From: a virus
DNA length: 64,000 nucleotides
Strand: one strand, 5' to 3'
Virus record (IMG/VR): IMGVR_UViG_3300046787_000129
Coordinates: 32,001 to 96,000 of that record
This document shows, piece by piece, positions 20,901-31,227 of the stretch (positions are counted from its first letter, which is position 1; the number at the start of each line of letters is the position of its first letter). A program made the translations under genes and the position numbers. The notes under the pieces are model-generated. The model was given only the letters and a program-made list of their open reading frames with translations. It made no database searches and was not told where the DNA came from.

Positions 20901-23900
20901 GCTGGAGTAGTCATGGCAGACAAGTCTCTAGAGACTATTGGCTCAGCAGCAAAGTCACGTGCCGCTATCCAGTCTCCATCAAAAGAGATGGCAAAAATTG
21001 GTGAGGATCTTGCTGAAGGTGCTATAGAGGGCATGAAGTCTAAGGCCAAGGAGTCTAAGACCGCTGGGAAAACCATATATGACGCATCAGGCTTAACATC
21101 AGTTAAGGCAGCACTTGCTTCAGGACCAAAGATGCTTGGCCCAGCAGGTGCAGCTCAGGTGGATAGCTATCCGTCTCCAAAGACTCAGTCTGAAAGAGTT
21201 GCCGCCGTCAAGTCTCCTAGAGCTGCTTCACCATTTATGCAAGACGTACGAGCATCAGCTCAAAATGCAATGCCAAGACTACGTGTTGCTAAGCAAGAGT
21301 TCGTAGACGACATGAAGGGTGCCTTTGCCCAACTAAAGAACTTGTTCCGCAATGGCGGAAAGGATATGGTAGATGCTACTAAGTCTGGACTTATCCAGGA
21401 AACTCCTAGACTACGAGTCGCTGGTAAAGAGGCTGGCTTTGACTATGTAACTGCTCTAAAGGGCGGTAACGGTTCAATCGCTGCTGTAGTAACTGCAGGA
21501 AATCAAAAGATCGTATCTGCAGCACTAAAGGAATACTCTGAGGGTGGATTTAGAATTGCAGGAGCAGTTAGCCTTGGACTAGATAAGGGCATTGCTGGCT
21601 CTGTCGCAAAGGGTATTATTGCAGGAGAAAAGCTAGCAGACTCAGTTACCGACGGAGTAATAAAGAGAAGCAGAAAGCAAAAGAACCTTCCTATGGGCTC
21701 ACAAGGCCCACTAGAGGAAGGTGGAACTAGAGGCAATGTATTCCAGCGAGCAAAGGCATCAGCCGCTGAGAAGGCTTCTGCAGCCAAAGCAGGGTATAAC
21801 AAGCTTAATAGCAAGATCAACATATCATCCGATGGCTCTGGAACTTTTGCAAAGGTAGGAGCCGCAGCAACGACTGCTGCATTTGCTCTATCTGGAATGC
21901 CAGGACCTATTGGTGAAACTGTTAGCAAACTTCTTCCTTTTATGGGAATCATGACAGCTGTCTCTGGAATAATGTCAATGTTTAATTTGCAGGTGGTTAA
22001 TGGAGCAATTGCTCTAGGAGCCTTCTCACTTCCAATCATACCTCTGACTGCAGCCATTGCAGGCCTAGCTATAGTCATTGCTGGAGTTATCTGGTGGATG
22101 AATGCTGTTAATGATGCAAAGAAGGAAGAGCTTGCTCAGATAAACAATACTACCACTGCTCAGAAGAACGCTGCTAAGTCAATTGCAGAGCTTGGAAAGC
22201 TTGCTGGAATAACTCCAGGACAAAGTCGTGGGGAAATAGCAAAGACCGCACTTGCCGCAGGTATTGGTACAAAGCAAGCCAGCGATGTAAATATACTTCT
22301 AGAGAGCGAAGAGTTCAAAGATCCAGAGTCAGCCATCAACAAGATGATTAGTGGAATCAAGGGAATGTCTAATGTAGCAGCAAAGGACTTCCTTGCTACA
22401 TATGCAAACCAGTTAAAGGGATTCGGATTTGACGATAAGACTATTGAATCAATTCTAAATGCTATTAAAATTAAGGCTAACAAGACAGACTTGAAGCTCG
22501 ACTTTGCAAGCGTCGATATTAACACAAAGAAGGGGCAGGCCCAGGTATCAGAGGGAATCAAGAATGCCCTTGCTGGTGTTTCAGACCAAGACGCAAAAGA
22601 TGTTGCAGCAAAAAAGTCAGTCGCAGCTAATCCAGTAATTGGTCAGGATGGAAATGGCAATGACATATATCTATCAGACATTAAAAAGAATAGGGCTAAA
22701 AATGCTGCAATAGTTGAGGACCCAACCAAAAAGGGTACAGCTGAATACGATGCAGCCAAAAAGCAACTTGCTGAGCAAGACAAAACAATAGCGGCTCAAA
22801 AAGTCATTGCCGATAACAGCATGAAGGTAATAAACAAAGACACGAAAGTTGCTAAAACTAATGCTGCACTAAAAGAAGGTGCTACAGCAGTTACAACAAC
22901 TATCGATAGTGCACTGTCTCAGTTTAGTGCCAAGACAATGACAAAGGCAAACTTTGATAAAACTATCAAAGCAACTATTGCTGGACTTAAGTCTGGCAAG
23001 GCAGCAGCAGCAACTATGGGTGCAGCACTCAAGGGCCTTGGCCCTGCCGCAACCGCAGGTGGTAGCAAGATCGCTGGACTTACGGCTAAAACTCTTGCAA
23101 ATGGAACAGCCTTTGATACTACTAAGGCACAGGTAGAGCTTTACGCCATTGTAGCTGGAAACCCAGAAATTGGTGACAAGCTATTACAGGATATTGCAAA
23201 GATTGACACCACAGCTGCAGGTGCAGCACAGCAGATACAAAATCTTATAAACGTTGCCAAGGGTGGAAGCATTAGCACATCTGCAGGGGTCACAAATCCA
23301 GAGATCGTCACCGACACTACAGGCGGAGGAGACGGAGGCTCTGATCCAGCACAACTCCTAAAGGATACCAAGGCTGCTGTCCAGTCAAACATCATGAGCA
23401 TCAACCTTATGAAGAAGGGTTACAATGCAGAGTTCATAGCCTCTATTGCTGGTGCCGATGCTGCAACTCAAAAATACTACACAACTATGAAGAATGGCAT
23501 TCCAGTTCTAAATGCCCAGGGTCGTGCACTTCTAGCTGCATATAACACCAAGGCTATCAGCGACTTCCTAATTGCTCAAAAGCAATTGGTTGCTGGAGCA
23601 GCTATGGAGCTTTCTGCGAGAAAGACCCTGTCTGCAGCAGGACTAGATGAAGAAACTGTTAAGGAGATGGCTGCCCGTGCAGACGTCCAGGCAGCTCTAG
23701 CAGCCGCAAAGGCAGCGGTAGGCAAGAATGCACAGGCGAAGGCTATCAAGAGCGTAGTTGACGGTCTAAAGGCAGAGAAGGCAGCAGCAGATAGTCTATC
23801 AACAACAGTAGCACAAGACAAGTTCCAGAAGACGTACGATACTGGAACTAAGTATCTAGACATTCAGTCATCAATCATCAACAACGATTTTGAGAGAAAC

Positions 23901-25088
23901 GAAGCAAACAAGAAGAACGCAGACGCTATACTAAAGGCTAACCAGGAAATTCAGGACCTACAGACTGGTGCTGGAAAGACTACTGGTTTGAACCAGTACA
24001 CAAGCGGCCTAAGCAAGCTTCAGTTTGCAGAAGATGCCATTAACAAGAGATACGACGAACGTGCCAAGGCTCTTGACAAGGTTGCTACAATTAATCAAAG
24101 AATTAATGAGCAGCAAAAGGGTCAGTTATCTCTTGCCCAGGCTTTGGCTTCTGGGGATATAGCTGCAGCTGCCCAAGCAGCAGAAAACATGAATGCTCAA
24201 AATGCAACAGCTGCCATGGCAGATCAGAAGACAAACCTTGATGCAGCTAAGCAAAAAGAGCTTGATAAGCAGGTAGTCAATGTAAACGGCAAGCTTATGA
24301 CTAGAAAAGAAATTGATGAAGCCTCTAAGGTAATTCAGGAAAGAATTCTAGACATACAGATTAAGCAGCTAGATCCTGCACAGACTGCTCTAGACCTTGC
24401 TACACGTGCAAGAGACAAGAGCCTAAAGGCACTAACTGACCAGAAGGCAGATTGGGATGCTTGGAAGCTAAGTGTCGAGGCAGCAACTACAAGCTTGGCC
24501 AAGTACAACAAGGCTCTCGCAGATGCTGGGCCACAGGCCAAGAATGCGGAAGCAGAAGCCAAGGGGCTTACGGCTACAAAGGCACCAACAACTGCTCCTG
24601 GTCCAGGATCTCCAGCACTGTACAAGAGCTGGAAGGCCGCAGGATCTCCAGATCCAAAGAGATCACCAGACTCATTCTCTAAGTGGGCAGACTCAACCAT
24701 AATCTACAAGTCTATGGGTGGAATGATTCCTAACTACTATGCTGCTGGAGGTTTTGCAAAGGGGACAGACACTGTTCCAGCCATGCTTACTCCAGGCGAG
24801 TTTGTTGTTCGCAAGTTTGCGGTAGACAACTTCGGTGTAGATAAGCTAAATGCCATTAACTCTGGACAGTCTATCGGCACCGATACAGGTAACATACTGA
24901 CTGCTGTAACCTCTAACACTGGGGTATCAACAAGTTCTTCTGCATACACCGACGCTTCAGTGTATAATTATAATGTCAATGTAAATGTTAAGACAGACTC
25001 TAACCCAGACCAGATTGCAAGTGCTGTGGTTACAAGGATTAACCAGGCATCTGGACAGAATATAAGAGGAAACAGATTCTATGGCTAG
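17925..25088 (+). CDS. Tape measure protein
   Basis: 2387 aa, Ala/Lys-rich helical; TP901-type core (GINASEGANALKS), hydrophobic segments, FATGG..GPGSGTSDSIPA.LSNGE and GTDTVPAMLTPGEFV motifs. Confidence 0.93.
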   Translation: MADIQSNINVNIDTTNALASIKALQSQISAFHTSMARGGAQATSSLAQQQQKLLDGINATGKFSAQVQNIKTTTESFTTALEKNKLSLGQYFKYSVASTKSFGSMFKTEMNVVEKVARERVKSLQTQYINLGRDANGALKAISIRPLLLDLDNMQTKTALAAQKQQILNQLLHQGSTNLLNFGKNTQWAGRQLMVGFTIPLSMAGTAAAKAYMDMEKAAIKIKRVYGDLNTSVKETNQAVDAIKSLAAEYTKYGIAVADTMEMAASAAAMGKTGADLLAQVNQATRLAALGGVEQAQALETTISLTSAFGLSTEMLASKINYLNAVENQTVTSIEDLTIAIPKAGPVVKQLGGDVEDLAFFLTAMREGGINASEGANALKSGLAALINPTGKASEMLAGFGINIKAIVEGNKGDLKKTVIDFATALNTIDPLNRARAIEQMFGKFQFARISTLLQNVTASGSQASKALALANMSSIQLAAMSRKELDRISASPMYKFQKAIADLQVKIAPVGEAFLKAVTPIIGFVSKMLDGFNGMSDQFKNFTVIGVAVLGGLAPVLLMVVGLVANGAANILKFLTQIKSFFNKTSAGQKDLGSSTSYLTTEQIKAEAVAASLDQIHGKLKQTFTSEAGAVDSLTGAYQRYLAATGKYSAPAAKAAPGLFTPVVSKAKGFATGGMVRGPGSGTSDSIPANLSNGEAVIDAETVEKNPAIIAALFAGKTISIPGYSRNNSRDIASSRDYAKFRTYTDATSGLSSGANSALNTGTASPSDIAREYTTSPTRIQGPLIAAVASELTGANTQSQIDQAIKNNPEILSYAKSLSLGIASEVSKITAKTMGDPEYTGAVAKARADIKASPEIAAASEKFFTEPSTYEDDTIERKRSSGRYVAAGREKLRAMGARYTALFKRGMRVAKNLNVDEPQLVDPSAAHMTSPRDMSVSEMDESGMMLGENAQAARDRKAKNEKLVYKQGQSKTKVTVPASASQAQKDDALSAAGVVMADKSLETIGSAAKSRAAIQSPSKEMAKIGEDLAEGAIEGMKSKAKESKTAGKTIYDASGLTSVKAALASGPKMLGPAGAAQVDSYPSPKTQSERVAAVKSPRAASPFMQDVRASAQNAMPRLRVAKQEFVDDMKGAFAQLKNLFRNGGKDMVDATKSGLIQETPRLRVAGKEAGFDYVTALKGGNGSIAAVVTAGNQKIVSAALKEYSEGGFRIAGAVSLGLDKGIAGSVAKGIIAGEKLADSVTDGVIKRSRKQKNLPMGSQGPLEEGGTRGNVFQRAKASAAEKASAAKAGYNKLNSKINISSDGSGTFAKVGAAATTAAFALSGMPGPIGETVSKLLPFMGIMTAVSGIMSMFNLQVVNGAIALGAFSLPIIPLTAAIAGLAIVIAGVIWWMNAVNDAKKEELAQINNTTTAQKNAAKSIAELGKLAGITPGQSRGEIAKTALAAGIGTKQASDVNILLESEEFKDPESAINKMISGIKGMSNVAAKDFLATYANQLKGFGFDDKTIESILNAIKIKANKTDLKLDFASVDINTKKGQAQVSEGIKNALAGVSDQDAKDVAAKKSVAANPVIGQDGNGNDIYLSDIKKNRAKNAAIVEDPTKKGTAEYDAAKKQLAEQDKTIAAQKVIADNSMKVINKDTKVAKTNAALKEGATAVTTTIDSALSQFSAKTMTKANFDKTIKATIAGLKSGKAAAATMGAALKGLGPAATAGGSKIAGLTAKTLANGTAFDTTKAQVELYAIVAGNPEIGDKLLQDIAKIDTTAAGAAQQIQNLINVAKGGSISTSAGVTNPEIVTDTTGGGDGGSDPAQLLKDTKAAVQSNIMSINLMKKGYNAEFIASIAGADAATQKYYTTMKNGIPVLNAQGRALLAAYNTKAISDFLIAQKQLVAGAAMELSARKTLSAAGLDEETVKEMAARADVQAALAAAKAAVGKNAQAKAIKSVVDGLKAEKAAADSLSTTVAQDKFQKTYDTGTKYLDIQSSIINNDFERNEANKKNADAILKANQEIQDLQTGAGKTTGLNQYTSGLSKLQFAEDAINKRYDERAKALDKVATINQRINEQQKGQLSLAQALASGDIAAAAQAAENMNAQNATAAMADQKTNLDAAKQKELDKQVVNVNGKLMTRKEIDEASKVIQERILDIQIKQLDPAQTALDLATRARDKSLKALTDQKADWDAWKLSVEAATTSLAKYNKALADAGPQAKNAEAEAKGLTATKAPTTAPGPGSPALYKSWKAAGSPDPKRSPDSFSKWADSTIIYKSMGGMIPNYYAAGGFAKGTDTVPAMLTPGEFVVRKFAVDNFGVDKLNAINSGQSIGTDTGNILTAVTSNTGVSTSSSAYTDASVYNYNVNVNVKTDSNPDQIASAVVTRINQASGQNIRGNRFYG

Positions 25089-25740
25089 TAACCAGTATAT
25101 ATCTAATAAGAAGAGATTTCAAAGACCACAGGCTATTCTTTGGGCAAACAACCCTGGAACCCTTGTAAATGGAACATACTCTCCAGACGGATATGAGGTT
25201 GGAACTAACCTTTCACAATCTGGAGGTAGCTCACTTGAAAATAGCTTCCTGATTTTATCTGACCATAATAGAGGACCTTTAGAGTTTAAACCAACAAGGA
25301 TAGATAAGAAAGAGCGTATGATCAATGGCCGTATGCGTTCATATCACATTGCAGACAAGCTAACCCTGTCAACCTCTTGGACAATGCTTCCTTCAAGGTC
25401 ATACGCTGAATTCCCAGACTTTGACTCTACCACTGGATTATCCCTGCTAGCAGGAAAGTCTGGAAGTTTCACATCTGCTGACTCAGAGTACACTGCAGAT
25501 GGTGGGGCAGGTGGAGTTGACATTCTTAACTGGTATGAAAATCACCAAGGTCCATTCTGGGTATACCTAGCCTACGATAGACTAGATAACTTTGAAGACG
25601 CTACAAACCAGTACAACCGACTTAATCAATACAATCAGATTGTAGAAATGTACATCTCTGACATCAGCTATAGCGTAGAGAGTCGTTCTAATAATCGTGG
25701 AGATCTCTGGAATATTTCGGTTACCCTGGAAGAGGCATAA
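25081..25740 (+). CDS. Distal tail protein (putative)
   Basis: Follows tape measure; ERMINGRMRS and C-terminal WNISVTLEE. Confidence 0.6.
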   Translation: MASNQYISNKKRFQRPQAILWANNPGTLVNGTYSPDGYEVGTNLSQSGGSSLENSFLILSDHNRGPLEFKPTRIDKKERMINGRMRSYHIADKLTLSTSWTMLPSRSYAEFPDFDSTTGLSLLAGKSGSFTSADSEYTADGGAGGVDILNWYENHQGPFWVYLAYDRLDNFEDATNQYNRLNQYNQIVEMYISDISYSVESRSNNRGDLWNISVTLEEA

Positions 25741-28700
25741 TGTTTTCCAACCTAGAATTAAGACAACACCTATCTTCTTCTTCAACGGTAAAGTCCCAGT
25801 CAGTAATCATCTCTGAATGGAACATGAACCTACTAGACAACATAGTAGCCATTGGAAATTATAGATACAGGAAGAACACTGCTGGCAAGTATTCATCAAT
25901 TCCAAACGTATTCGATGCCAACGATTCTGGAAACTACTATACAGACGCTACATACTCAGACATAACTGTAGATGGCGGACTAGATGATACCGATGATACG
26001 CCAGTTTTCTTTGTTAGCAAGAAGCAAAAAGAAGGCTTGCTATATTCTCTAGAGGATTGCTTTGGTAGAGTAAGGCCAAGATCTGGAATCAATAAGGCCA
26101 GGGTAGGAATAACAAAGTACCTGCACCACTCTAACATAGACATGTTTAATCGTCCTAGATACTACATGGCTGACAAGACAGATAAGTTTAAGTACTGGAC
26201 ATCGTTCAGAACAGAGTCTGGCAAGGAGTATGGAATTGCCAATAAGACCATAAATGGCAAACACTACATTGACGACGCAGCTCCTTTCGTAGTTTATAAA
26301 GAGCAAGTTCCAGTAAACAGGGTTGTAGTGAAGATGCAGACAAGTGTGGGAAACGTAAATCTTGGGCCATTCTCTACTCCTAGCGGTCAGATGGATGACC
26401 CATTCTTTGGATATCAAAATCAGACAACCCCTACCAGATGGAAGATTCAATCTCTAGACAACAAAAATAATTGGGTAGATCTAATTAAGTTTGACGAGAC
26501 ATCTAAGAGAAGAGACGGATCAGAAGTAATTGGACCAGATGGATACGTTGAGATCTCTTATGGACTAGTAGTTCCAAACCAGTTTAAAGATACCTTTGTG
26601 TTTAATGGAGAGGTAACCTCTGAACTCATATTGCCAACCGATAGCCACGACGGACACGCATACTTGGTCAAGACCAATTCTTCAGAGATCGGGACCATGT
26701 ACATTTGGTCTTCAGATAGATACCTAAAGTTTAAGCCAGTTTATAACTGGCAGCTAGAAGACTATGCAACAAGTCCAGCAACTCCATTTGTAACATCTAC
26801 AACGGTACACGACTCATTCTCCGAGCCAACTACAGGAAAGTCTAAGTTTAGAGAGTTTACCTTTATCTCTGGGCTAAGAGTTGTTGTAGATACAATGAAC
26901 AAGTCAGAGTCAACCTTTGACTTAATCGAGCTATCTCCAAGACTAGCGGTAGACATGTCTGGAAAGACTCAGAACTTTTCTGTAAAGAAGCCAGCTTCAG
27001 ATTTGGGTATTACTGGATTGCCAGTTGGACAACTTCTCGCAGGTACTGGATCGCTAACTTTGTTTGACTATGACCAATCATTCAATGTTAACAATGCGTA
27101 CGATGCCACAAGTAATCCAAATGGAAGCATCGTAGCCAAGTATACGGCTAGAAACATTCAGACAAAAATCTACGAAGTTATTTGTGACGTGTTTGGCAAA
27201 GATGTATTCGTGCCAATTAAGACCATGTATTCAGACGGATTCCCAACTATCAATAATACCGATAGAACGGTATCAATTAATCTAAGAGACCTATACTACT
27301 ACCTAGAGTCTACTACTGCCCCAGAACTTCTAATCCAGGATGTATCTTTATCTTATGCAGTATCTATTCTTCTAGACTCTATTGGATTTTCAAACTACGT
27401 ATTTAAGCGAGTAGAAGGAGAGAGCGATCCAATAATCCCATTCTTCTTTGTAAGTCCTAAGCAGTCTGTTGCCCAGGTTCTGCAGAGCTTGGCGGTATCC
27501 ACACAGACAGCAATGTTCCTAAATGAAGAGAACACCTTTGTACTCATGAGCAAGCAGTACCTGATGCCATCAGAAACCGACAGAGACGTTGACATGACTC
27601 TATTTGGATCTCAGGATACAGAAACCTATGACTACGATGGCGATGATAGATATTCTGTAATAAAGAATAAGAGAGCTGTAGGAAAGACAATAGCCAACAT
27701 TATAGATATTGCCTCACAGGATAACAATATTTACAACGATGGAAAGATTTCTTATACTACCAGATCTATTCAGAAGAGCTACGGGTCTCTAAAGCAGGCG
27801 TACCTTCTCGATGAGAACAAGACCTGGATATACAAGCCTGCAGTTCTCTGGGAAGTCTCTGGAAGCGGAAACACCAAGTCTATAAATGAAGAGGTAGGAA
27901 ACCAGGGTAAGTATAACCTTGCAGCAATACCACTAAATACAACACTATCCGATAGCCTACCAGAGGTAGTTAACGGAGTAGTCGTAAACAACATTATTGA
28001 TCTTGGTGAGGCAGTATACTGGATGCCAAGATACAATGGATACTTCTATGCAAATGGCGAAATCATCAAGTATGACGCTGTAGAGTATAACGTGGCATCT
28101 ATTGGAAATGTTTGGATTACAAGCATTCAGGACTACCAGAAGTACTTCTCAAAAATCTCTTTCAATGGAAAGATCTATCCAACTGGTAGAGTTAGAATCT
28201 ACTCAGAGCCAAACTACGAGACTTTAAATGGCGTAACCACTCTGAAGCTTGGAGCTGTTGCAAAGCACGGAAGAGCTCAATTTGGAACTACTATCACTAC
28301 TCACAACGCTGGAATAGCTAACAACTGGACAAGCTCTGACTATGTAGGTGGAGTTGATATGGAGTCAAAGTATCTAGTTAATCCAGCACTAACAGTCCCA
28401 TCAACTACACCTGGTGCTGCAGGAGTAAGCAAGTCCAAGGCTACAGAGGCTGCTCGCTCTGGAATCATCAAGAACTTCTTAAGTGAGTCATATTCTCAGG
28501 AGTCAGACATCCTTGAGGATGCAGAAAAAGATGGTAGAACGGTTCAGTCTTCTGCTCTAGTTATAACTGGACCACAGTTTAAGACAGACGAGTCTCCACA
28601 AGACTTTGTCTCATACGTCTACAAGCCACTTGCTCCAACCATAGTCATTTCTGCTGTATCTAAGACTGAGACTACGGTTACATACACAACATCCACAATA

Positions 28701-30335
28701 CACGGTATCCGTGTAGGGGAAAAGGTATCGATTACTGGAGTAAACCCAACAGCCTACAACCTATCTAATCAGGCTGTAACAGCTGTCACAGCAACAACCT
28801 TTACTGTTTCTAAGACCATCACTCCAGCATATGTATCTGGTGGTATGGCAAAGGTAACTAGTGCTGGCATATCATACAAGCACTTTGGAACCAGAATGAG
28901 AGTTGTCGGTAAGATTGAGAACGACAAGAATAAGGTTCAGACAGCTGCTGGTGCCACACCAATGTACACTATTGTTCCAGCAACTGCAGATGCTCCAATC
29001 ACCATCTCTGGTGGTGGAGGTGGTGTAGCGGTATTGCTAAACCCATCTACAAACGAGGGGTACTACTTTGAGATCACTGCACTATCAGAAGCCAATATGG
29101 AGCAGTACGATAAGGCAGAGAATGTAAAGAACATCATGTTCTACAAGATTCAGAAGAACGCATCATCTAACAAGGCTGTTCCTCTATTCCTCAACCAGGC
29201 TGGAACAAAAGATCCTTGGGTAGGTGGGCTAACCCAGATACTTGTTGACGACGGTAGATTTACTGGACAGTCAAGAGTTGTATCCACTGAGAAGAATACT
29301 GTATATGATATCTCTGTAGAGTATCAGGATATTGGATCTATCAGAAGGTTCTTTCTTTATATAAATAACAATCAGGTTGCAACCCTAGACGACCTAAGTC
29401 CTCTACCAGTTTATAATAACATGGCACTATTCGTTCGTGGTGGGTCTAAGTGTATGTTCGAGAACATCTACGCTTTGGCTGGTAACTATTCTAACAATAG
29501 CAACTACGCACTAGAGCCAGTAACCAGCTCTGCATTCGGTGATCCAAGCCTAAGTGCGAATGAGTCATTCAGAAAGTATGCCGTGAGTGGAATGATTCAG
29601 TCAACCTATCTTTCGGGGGTAAGTGCTACTGAGCCACCAAAGCATAACCTATACTATGAAGAGTTCGGAACTATCATGAGAGAGGCATCATACTTTAATG
29701 TTAAGTACGACAAAGCCTATCCAGCACTTTATGCAAAGATTGCTCCAACATTCAACAGCATTAGAGGCTATACTGTATCAGGTTTCCACGGTGGATCATA
29801 CGGGGCAGAGTTCCTAGTGTTCAATGCTACAGACTCATCTCTAAACCTAGATGAGACATCTGGAAACTACCTACGCATTTTGGGAATCACCTTTACACAG
29901 GCTTCTCAGAATGACTACACTGTTGACGACTACTTCTCTAAGAAGAGCGACTTCTCTAATCCAGAAATATCTACTGGGGTAGTTGCTGAGTCACCTCTCA
30001 AGGTAAAGAAAGACTTCTATGATGTAAAGAACTCTAGGTCTATGTATGGTAGAAACGAGTTCTCACTAGATGCAACCTATATTCAGAGCAGAGACTCCGC
30101 AACCGAAATGATGTCTTGGATTATTTCTAAGGTTATGAAGCCACGTAAGTCTATTGGTGTAAAGATATTTGCTAATCCAACCATTCAGCTTGGTGACCTT
30201 GTAAAGATCGACTATGTTAAAGATGGCGTATCGCAGCTATCAAATCCAGACACTAGGTTTGTAGTGTACAATATTGAGTACAGCAAGTCTAGCAACGGAC
30301 CAGAGATGACTGTTTATTTGAGTGAGGTAGTGTAG
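25740..30335 (+). CDS. Baseplate hub / central tail protein
   Basis: 1531 aa; SVAQVLQSLA, SRSMYGRNE, ANPTIQLGDLVKI and VVYNIEY hub-type C-terminus. Confidence 0.7.
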   Translation: MFSNLELRQHLSSSSTVKSQSVIISEWNMNLLDNIVAIGNYRYRKNTAGKYSSIPNVFDANDSGNYYTDATYSDITVDGGLDDTDDTPVFFVSKKQKEGLLYSLEDCFGRVRPRSGINKARVGITKYLHHSNIDMFNRPRYYMADKTDKFKYWTSFRTESGKEYGIANKTINGKHYIDDAAPFVVYKEQVPVNRVVVKMQTSVGNVNLGPFSTPSGQMDDPFFGYQNQTTPTRWKIQSLDNKNNWVDLIKFDETSKRRDGSEVIGPDGYVEISYGLVVPNQFKDTFVFNGEVTSELILPTDSHDGHAYLVKTNSSEIGTMYIWSSDRYLKFKPVYNWQLEDYATSPATPFVTSTTVHDSFSEPTTGKSKFREFTFISGLRVVVDTMNKSESTFDLIELSPRLAVDMSGKTQNFSVKKPASDLGITGLPVGQLLAGTGSLTLFDYDQSFNVNNAYDATSNPNGSIVAKYTARNIQTKIYEVICDVFGKDVFVPIKTMYSDGFPTINNTDRTVSINLRDLYYYLESTTAPELLIQDVSLSYAVSILLDSIGFSNYVFKRVEGESDPIIPFFFVSPKQSVAQVLQSLAVSTQTAMFLNEENTFVLMSKQYLMPSETDRDVDMTLFGSQDTETYDYDGDDRYSVIKNKRAVGKTIANIIDIASQDNNIYNDGKISYTTRSIQKSYGSLKQAYLLDENKTWIYKPAVLWEVSGSGNTKSINEEVGNQGKYNLAAIPLNTTLSDSLPEVVNGVVVNNIIDLGEAVYWMPRYNGYFYANGEIIKYDAVEYNVASIGNVWITSIQDYQKYFSKISFNGKIYPTGRVRIYSEPNYETLNGVTTLKLGAVAKHGRAQFGTTITTHNAGIANNWTSSDYVGGVDMESKYLVNPALTVPSTTPGAAGVSKSKATEAARSGIIKNFLSESYSQESDILEDAEKDGRTVQSSALVITGPQFKTDESPQDFVSYVYKPLAPTIVISAVSKTETTVTYTTSTIHGIRVGEKVSITGVNPTAYNLSNQAVTAVTATTFTVSKTITPAYVSGGMAKVTSAGISYKHFGTRMRVVGKIENDKNKVQTAAGATPMYTIVPATADAPITISGGGGGVAVLLNPSTNEGYYFEITALSEANMEQYDKAENVKNIMFYKIQKNASSNKAVPLFLNQAGTKDPWVGGLTQILVDDGRFTGQSRVVSTEKNTVYDISVEYQDIGSIRRFFLYINNNQVATLDDLSPLPVYNNMALFVRGGSKCMFENIYALAGNYSNNSNYALEPVTSSAFGDPSLSANESFRKYAVSGMIQSTYLSGVSATEPPKHNLYYEEFGTIMREASYFNVKYDKAYPALYAKIAPTFNSIRGYTVSGFHGGSYGAEFLVFNATDSSLNLDETSGNYLRILGITFTQASQNDYTVDDYFSKKSDFSNPEISTGVVAESPLKVKKDFYDVKNSRSMYGRNEFSLDATYIQSRDSATEMMSWIISKVMKPRKSIGVKIFANPTIQLGDLVKIDYVKDGVSQLSNPDTRFVVYNIEYSKSSNGPEMTVYLSEVV

Positions 30336-30336
30336 C

Positions 30337-31203
30337 ATGGCTAGCAAGGGTATCCCTAATTTTGAAACAGTTGTGTCTGCAGCCTCAAAAGCCCAAGGAG
30401 CAGTCAGAGAAGCTGGAATGGCCACCGCTGGTGCTAAGGCAGCAGCCGCAGCAACTGCAACAGGTGCAACACGTGAAGCAGGTATGGCTGCTGCAGACAA
30501 AGCCGCAGCGGCAAGAGCAAAAGCCGCAGCAGACAAGGCTAGGGCAGATGCTGCAGCAAAAGCAAAAGCGGATCAACTTAAAAAGAACTTGGCTGCAAGA
30601 GCAAACGCAGCACCAGTGTTAATGAATGATGAGATTCTTTCTAGAAGCAAATTCCTACGGGCTGACACAGAAGCAACTCCGCCAAGCGGCAATCAGGCTG
30701 CTAGCGGCGTATCAAACGGTGGAAATGCAGGAGGCTCAGTATCTGCTGCAAACGTTGGAACGCCAACAAATTCTCCAGCAATCAAGGTAGCAACACCAGA
30801 CATCATAACCATTGATCAGGAAACGCTCCCTGCAGAGCTAATGACAAGTATGATCTTTGAGAACATTGGTGGGCAAGAACTCTTAAGCATATCAAGACAT
30901 GACCTGATTTCGGGTAGTAACATGGACTATCAAGCAATTAAAAACTTGAGAGATGTCTATCTAAATAACAATCCGCTAAACATAATCCCAATGCCAGACC
31001 TTTCTAATAACTATGCAAAGAACTTCCCAATAGTTTGGGAAAGCCACATTATAGAAGAGTTCTCCAGCTTAGACTCAACTCATATTTATCTGGACAATGC
31101 TAAGAAGGAACTGAACCTATTGGTTACAAACATGAAGCCAGGAGAGCAAGTTGAAGTCGAGATTCTGTCATCTGTTACGGGATATAACGCTACCAAGTTT
31201 TAA
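30337..31203 (+). CDS. Minor tail protein with Ala/Lys-rich N-terminus
   Basis: Synteny; REAGMA repeated twice. Confidence 0.55.
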   Translation: MASKGIPNFETVVSAASKAQGAVREAGMATAGAKAAAAATATGATREAGMAAADKAAAARAKAAADKARADAAAKAKADQLKKNLAARANAAPVLMNDEILSRSKFLRADTEATPPSGNQAASGVSNGGNAGGSVSAANVGTPTNSPAIKVATPDIITIDQETLPAELMTSMIFENIGGQELLSISRHDLISGSNMDYQAIKNLRDVYLNNNPLNIIPMPDLSNNYAKNFPIVWESHIIEEFSSLDSTHIYLDNAKKELNLLVTNMKPGEQVEVEILSSVTGYNATKF

Positions 31204-31227
31204 TGGTACAATAGACTAGGAGATAAG